Below, in pieces: positions 60,250 to 64,000 of a stretch of DNA of 64,000 bases. The notes under the pieces were generated by a model. The model did not search any database. It saw only the letters and a program-made list of their open reading frames with translations, and was not told the origin of the DNA. The stretch's first letter is position 1; every line of letters starts with the position of its first letter. This DNA comes from Alphaproteobacteria bacterium (lineage in GTDB: Bacteria; Pseudomonadota; Alphaproteobacteria; JAQWUY01): NCBI GenBank assembly GCA_965232465.1, contig OZ246977.1:144684-208683 (forward strand), in the 5' to 3' direction. The position numbers were made by a program, and so were the translations under genes.

Positions 60250-60702
60250 ATGCAAGATATCACTAATCCATATAACAATGTACTATCAAAAATTACAAAC
60301 CTAGTGCCGGCACAATTAATGACATGTACATTTGTTGATTTTGATACACAGGAATCTTTTCGTACATTTACAACTATGTCCGATTTTTTCCCCATTCACG
60401 GGCGTAAAAAAATGTATCCTAATTCCCATTGGGATAAGATTATTTTTAAGAAAAAACAATGTTTTTCAATCAATAGGGTGAGGGATTATCCCGAACATTT
60501 CTTCGATTGGAAACTTATTGAAAAAGCGGGTTTATGCAGTGCTTTATGCGTACCTATTATGTCAAAAAACAAGGTTATTGGTACCGTAAACTTACTAGAT
60601 ACAGAAGGGGCATATAAAAATGCTCCTGAGCAAATTTTGATTGATATTGTCAGTCAATTGTCTTCACTTTATGAGGGGGCATTACAGTGTTCTAAGGGCT
60701 AA
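60250..60702 (+). CDS. Stand-alone GAF-domain protein
   Basis: GRKKM...W...HFFDWKLIEKAGLCSALCVPI...VIGTVNLLD; start probably the ATG at 60250. Confidence 0.8.
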   Translation: MQDITNPYNNVLSKITNLVPAQLMTCTFVDFDTQESFRTFTTMSDFFPIHGRKKMYPNSHWDKIIFKKKQCFSINRVRDYPEHFFDWKLIEKAGLCSALCVPIMSKNKVIGTVNLLDTEGAYKNAPEQILIDIVSQLSSLYEGALQCSKG

Positions 60703-60766
60703 GTATAAATACAATATTGCTATGGCTTTTAAGAATTTTTTATAATTTTATCAAGGAGAATTAAGT

Positions 60767-62305
60767 ATGAAAAAAAGTTTAATTTCGTTAGTATTAGCAA
60801 TAAGTGCCTCAGTGGCAACCGCCGCAGGGACTTTACGGTTGGATGCGGTACCTGTGGGGGAAATTGATCCTGCCAAAGCTAAAGATTATGCAGACAGTGT
60901 TTCTGTATTTAATGTATACGATGCGTTGTTGGCGGACAAACCCGGTGGTGGATTCGGACCTTCACTTGCAACTGATTGGAAAATTGATGGTACCATATAT
61001 ACCTTTACTTTGCGGGATGATGTTACATTCAGCAGTGGTAATAAAATGACCGCCGATGATGTGGTGTTTTCTATGAATCGTATGTTGGAATTAGGGCAAG
61101 GGTATAGTTACCTGTTTTCCAAGATTGATTCCATAACATCTATTGATGCAAATACTGTGCAATTTAAGTTAAAAGAACCTTTTGCACCATTTTTAATGGC
61201 ATTAAAACGGGCTTGGGTCGTGGATAGCAAAACTGTACAAGTCAATGGTAAAGGGTGGTTGAGTCAAAATTCTGCGGGATCCGGGGCATATGTTATTACA
61301 TCCCATAATCCACAAAATTTAACTATACTGAAAAAACGTAATGGATACTGGGGTAAAAAAAATGCCAAAGCCCCCGATACTGTGCGGTTTAGTTATGGTC
61401 TAGAAGCAGCAACTGTACGGGCATCGATTCAAAAAGGTACCCATGATTTAAGTAGCCAATGGTTACCACCAGAGGTTCTAAAAGCTTTGGATAAAAGCGG
61501 TAAGGTAAAAATGGCAAAAGAATATTCTGGGGGACAATTGTACATTAAAATGAATGCACAACGGGCACCATTTGATGATATACACTGTCGCCGTGCTATG
61601 GTAACTGTATTTGATTATGCCACCGCCATTAAAATGATTGCCATCAATGATGCCATATCCATGGGGGGGAAGGCAAATGGTACACTTCCTGCGGGCTTAA
61701 TGGGATATGACTCAAATATGTCTGCATTTTCTCAGAATATTGAAAGTGCCAAAGCACACTTAGCAAAGTGTAAATATAAGGCAAGCGACCTTGATATTGA
61801 ATTGTCCTGGATGGCAGAAGTGCCACTAGAAGAACGGTTTGCCCTATTGTTACAAAGCAACCTAAAATCTATTGGTGTGAAGTCGCATGTGAAAAAAGTG
61901 CCATGGACACTATTTCAAGATTTAAGCACTAAGCCTGAAACAACACCACATGTAACACAAATCTTTGTGGTATCCAATACTGGTGATCCTGATGCGTTGT
62001 TATATCAACAATATCATTCTAGTGCCAAAGGCGGTTGGGCTGGTACAGGTTGGTTGTACTCAGACGACATGGATGCTATGTTGGATGCAGCACGAAGCGA
62101 AGGCAATGTGGCAAAACGCACCCAATTATATAAAGACATCAACAAAAAAGTTGTCGATACAGCACCAGCAATCTTTGCCTATGATATGGTTGCTTTGATG
62201 GCATTAAGTAATCGTGTAACTTGGCCTGCCCTGGAAGACCGTAGCAAAGCTTATACCACAGGGGCATACAATATTCGTTTTATTGATGCAGAAATAAACG
62301 AATAA
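60767..62305 (+). CDS. ABC transporter substrate-binding protein, family 5 (Dpp/Opp)
   Basis: Signal peptide; LATDW...YTFTLRDDVTFSSGNKMTADDVVFS; GSGAY; PFDD..CRRA. Confidence 0.93.
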   Translation: MKKSLISLVLAISASVATAAGTLRLDAVPVGEIDPAKAKDYADSVSVFNVYDALLADKPGGGFGPSLATDWKIDGTIYTFTLRDDVTFSSGNKMTADDVVFSMNRMLELGQGYSYLFSKIDSITSIDANTVQFKLKEPFAPFLMALKRAWVVDSKTVQVNGKGWLSQNSAGSGAYVITSHNPQNLTILKKRNGYWGKKNAKAPDTVRFSYGLEAATVRASIQKGTHDLSSQWLPPEVLKALDKSGKVKMAKEYSGGQLYIKMNAQRAPFDDIHCRRAMVTVFDYATAIKMIAINDAISMGGKANGTLPAGLMGYDSNMSAFSQNIESAKAHLAKCKYKASDLDIELSWMAEVPLEERFALLLQSNLKSIGVKSHVKKVPWTLFQDLSTKPETTPHVTQIFVVSNTGDPDALLYQQYHSSAKGGWAGTGWLYSDDMDAMLDAARSEGNVAKRTQLYKDINKKVVDTAPAIFAYDMVALMALSNRVTWPALEDRSKAYTTGAYNIRFIDAEINE

Positions 62306-62314
62306 ACAACAATA

Positions 62315-62343
62315 CTATGTGGGGGATTTTATCCCCCACATAG
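62315..62343 (+). terminator. Hairpin after the substrate-binding protein gene
   Basis: CTATGTGGGGGAT-TTT-ATCCCCCACATAG. Confidence 0.65.
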
Positions 62344-62385
62344 CCTAAAATATTTTAATTTTATATATTATTTAGGATATAGCAC

Positions 62386-63402
62386 ATGTTACATCGTATA
62401 GCCAAAAGGTTGGCTCTGTCTTTATTTGTATTGATTGGTGTGTCAGTTCTTATCTTTTCATTGGCACGAGTTATCCCAGGCGACCCCGCCCGATTAGCGT
62501 TAGGGGCAGAAGCATCACAACAACAAGTGGATGCTTTACGGGAATCCATGCACTTAAATGACCCATTGTGGACACAATATGCATATTTTGTCAAAGGTGT
62601 CAGCCATATGGATTTGGGTCAATCTTTATACACCAACATGCCTGTTATTGATGATTTGGCGAGATATTTACCAGCTACCCTGGAATTGGTATTGGTTGCA
62701 GCCATTATTATTTTGCTTGTTGGTGTGCCTTTGGGGGTTATCAGCGTACGATATCAAAATGGTATCATAGATTATATTATCCGCTTCTTTTCCATCGCCA
62801 GTGTGGCGGCACCATCTTTTTTATGGGCGGCTATATTTATGTTGGTGTTTGCCTATCAACTGGATTTATTTCCTTTGGCTGGACGAATTTCAGAAGCAAA
62901 TGAAACTGTAACCAATGACAAATCGTTTATATTATTAAACGCTTTATTTACAGGTAAGTGGGGAATTTTTTGGGATTCGTTGCAACATATTATATTACCT
63001 GCATTTACCCTCGCATTGTCAGGTATGGGACAAGCCATTCGTTTGACCATTGCCAATATGAAATTGGTAATGACACAACCTTATATGGAAACTGTACAGG
63101 CTTATCATTTACCCAAATGGCGCATATTTGGACAGTACGCTTTACGCCCTGCTCTTATTCCTATGTTGACCATATTAGGACTAGATATTGCATCTATGTT
63201 AGGTAACGCATTCTTAGTAGAAGCCATTTTTGCATGGCCAGGAATTGCCAAATATGGTATTCATGTAGTCCTACACAAAGATTTAAATGCCATCGTAGGT
63301 GTTGTGTTGGTAATGGCAACATTCTTTATGCTTATCAATATTATTATTGATATATTGGTCGGTTACATTAACCCAAGAATTCGTTTTGGCGAAAAGGCAT
63401 AA
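62386..63402 (+). CDS. Dpp/Opp-type ABC permease (DppB-like)
   Basis: IPGDPA, DLGQS, PATLEL, LPAFTL, VEAIFAWPG, INPRIR. Confidence 0.93.
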   Translation: MLHRIAKRLALSLFVLIGVSVLIFSLARVIPGDPARLALGAEASQQQVDALRESMHLNDPLWTQYAYFVKGVSHMDLGQSLYTNMPVIDDLARYLPATLELVLVAAIIILLVGVPLGVISVRYQNGIIDYIIRFFSIASVAAPSFLWAAIFMLVFAYQLDLFPLAGRISEANETVTNDKSFILLNALFTGKWGIFWDSLQHIILPAFTLALSGMGQAIRLTIANMKLVMTQPYMETVQAYHLPKWRIFGQYALRPALIPMLTILGLDIASMLGNAFLVEAIFAWPGIAKYGIHVVLHKDLNAIVGVVLVMATFFMLINIIIDILVGYINPRIRFGEKA

Positions 63403-63416
63403 GAGAAAACAAATAC

Positions 63417-64000
63417 ATGAGATTATCTTTTTTACAATCAGATACCATAAAAAAATTCTTAAATAACACACCTGCTATGATAGGTTTTTTTATCGTTGCC
63501 AGTGTTATTATTATGGCGATCTTTGCCCCATGGCTGACCCCGTATCCCGATCATTCCAAAGAAATGGTTGATTTTCTGAACGCATCTCGTCCACCAAGTA
63601 GTGAATATTGGTTTGGCACTGATGTGGTCGGACGAGATGTTTTTAGTCGTATTATTTTTGGATACCGTATTTCATTAGTTATGGGTGTTATCGTTCTTGC
63701 CATTGTAACACCTATTGGCGTTATATTAGGACTTACCGCAGGATATATGGGCGGATGGATTGAATCAATTATTATGCGTATTACGGATATATTTTTATCC
63801 ATTCCCCCTTTAGTATTGGCTCTGGCTATTATGGGTTTTTTGGATCCTACATTTACCAATGCGATGATTGCTGTATCCGCCATGTGGTGGCCGTGGTATA
63901 CCCGTTTGGTGTACAGTATGACGCGGTCTGTAAAGCAAGAAGGGTTTGTGATTGCATCGGAAATTATAGGTGCCCCCTTACGACATATTTTATTAAAAGA
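63417..64000 (+). CDS. Dpp/Opp-type ABC permease (DppC-like), runs off the window
   Basis: Not in the ORF track. Hand translation: MRLSFLQSDTIKKFLNN...FAPWLTPY...WFGTDVVGRDVFSRIIFGYRISL. Confidence 0.92.
   Translation, partial: MRLSFLQSDTIKKFLNNTPAMIGFFIVASVIIMAIFAPWLTPYPDHSKEMVDFLNASRPPSSEYWFGTDVVGRDVFSRIIFGYRISLVMGVIVLAIVTPIGVILGLTAGYMGGWIESIIMRITDIFLSIPPLVLALAIMGFLDPTFTNAMIAVSAMWWPWYTRLVYSMTRSVKQEGFVIASEIIGAPLRHILLK

Overview
AT-rich chromosomal window from a bacterium whose core gene order (tatABC-serS-nlpD-yajC-secDF, trmFO, uvrA/ssb, glpR-glpSTPQUV-glpDK) looks alphaproteobacterial. The main features are two paralogous inverse autotransporters (type Ve, intimin/invasin-like N-terminal barrel) on the minus strand. 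One is a giant >4,599-aa ORF (13799 to <1) that the ORF track misses because it runs off the window; the other is 1,544 aa (31186-26552). Both are built from the same small set of ~100-115-aa modules joined at '(V/I)xKQ' linkers, and both have long poly-A tracts in or next to their promoters. The C-terminal tip domain of the shorter adhesin reappears, starting exactly at the module linker, as a free-standing lipoprotein (44747-45358). Together these suggest a modular, possibly phase-variable adhesin system with an exchangeable tip. Also present: a glycerol uptake/catabolism locus; an AT-rich three-gene islet (membrane coiled-coil, repeat protein, secreted ankyrin-HExxH protein) between an IS3-like miniature element and tRNA-Leu(TAA); a candidate sRNA; an aphA'/'ychF fusion scar; and a hydantoinase/oxoprolinase (A,B,B) cluster with a Dpp/Opp-type ABC transporter. 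All calls come from reading the sequence; no searches were run.
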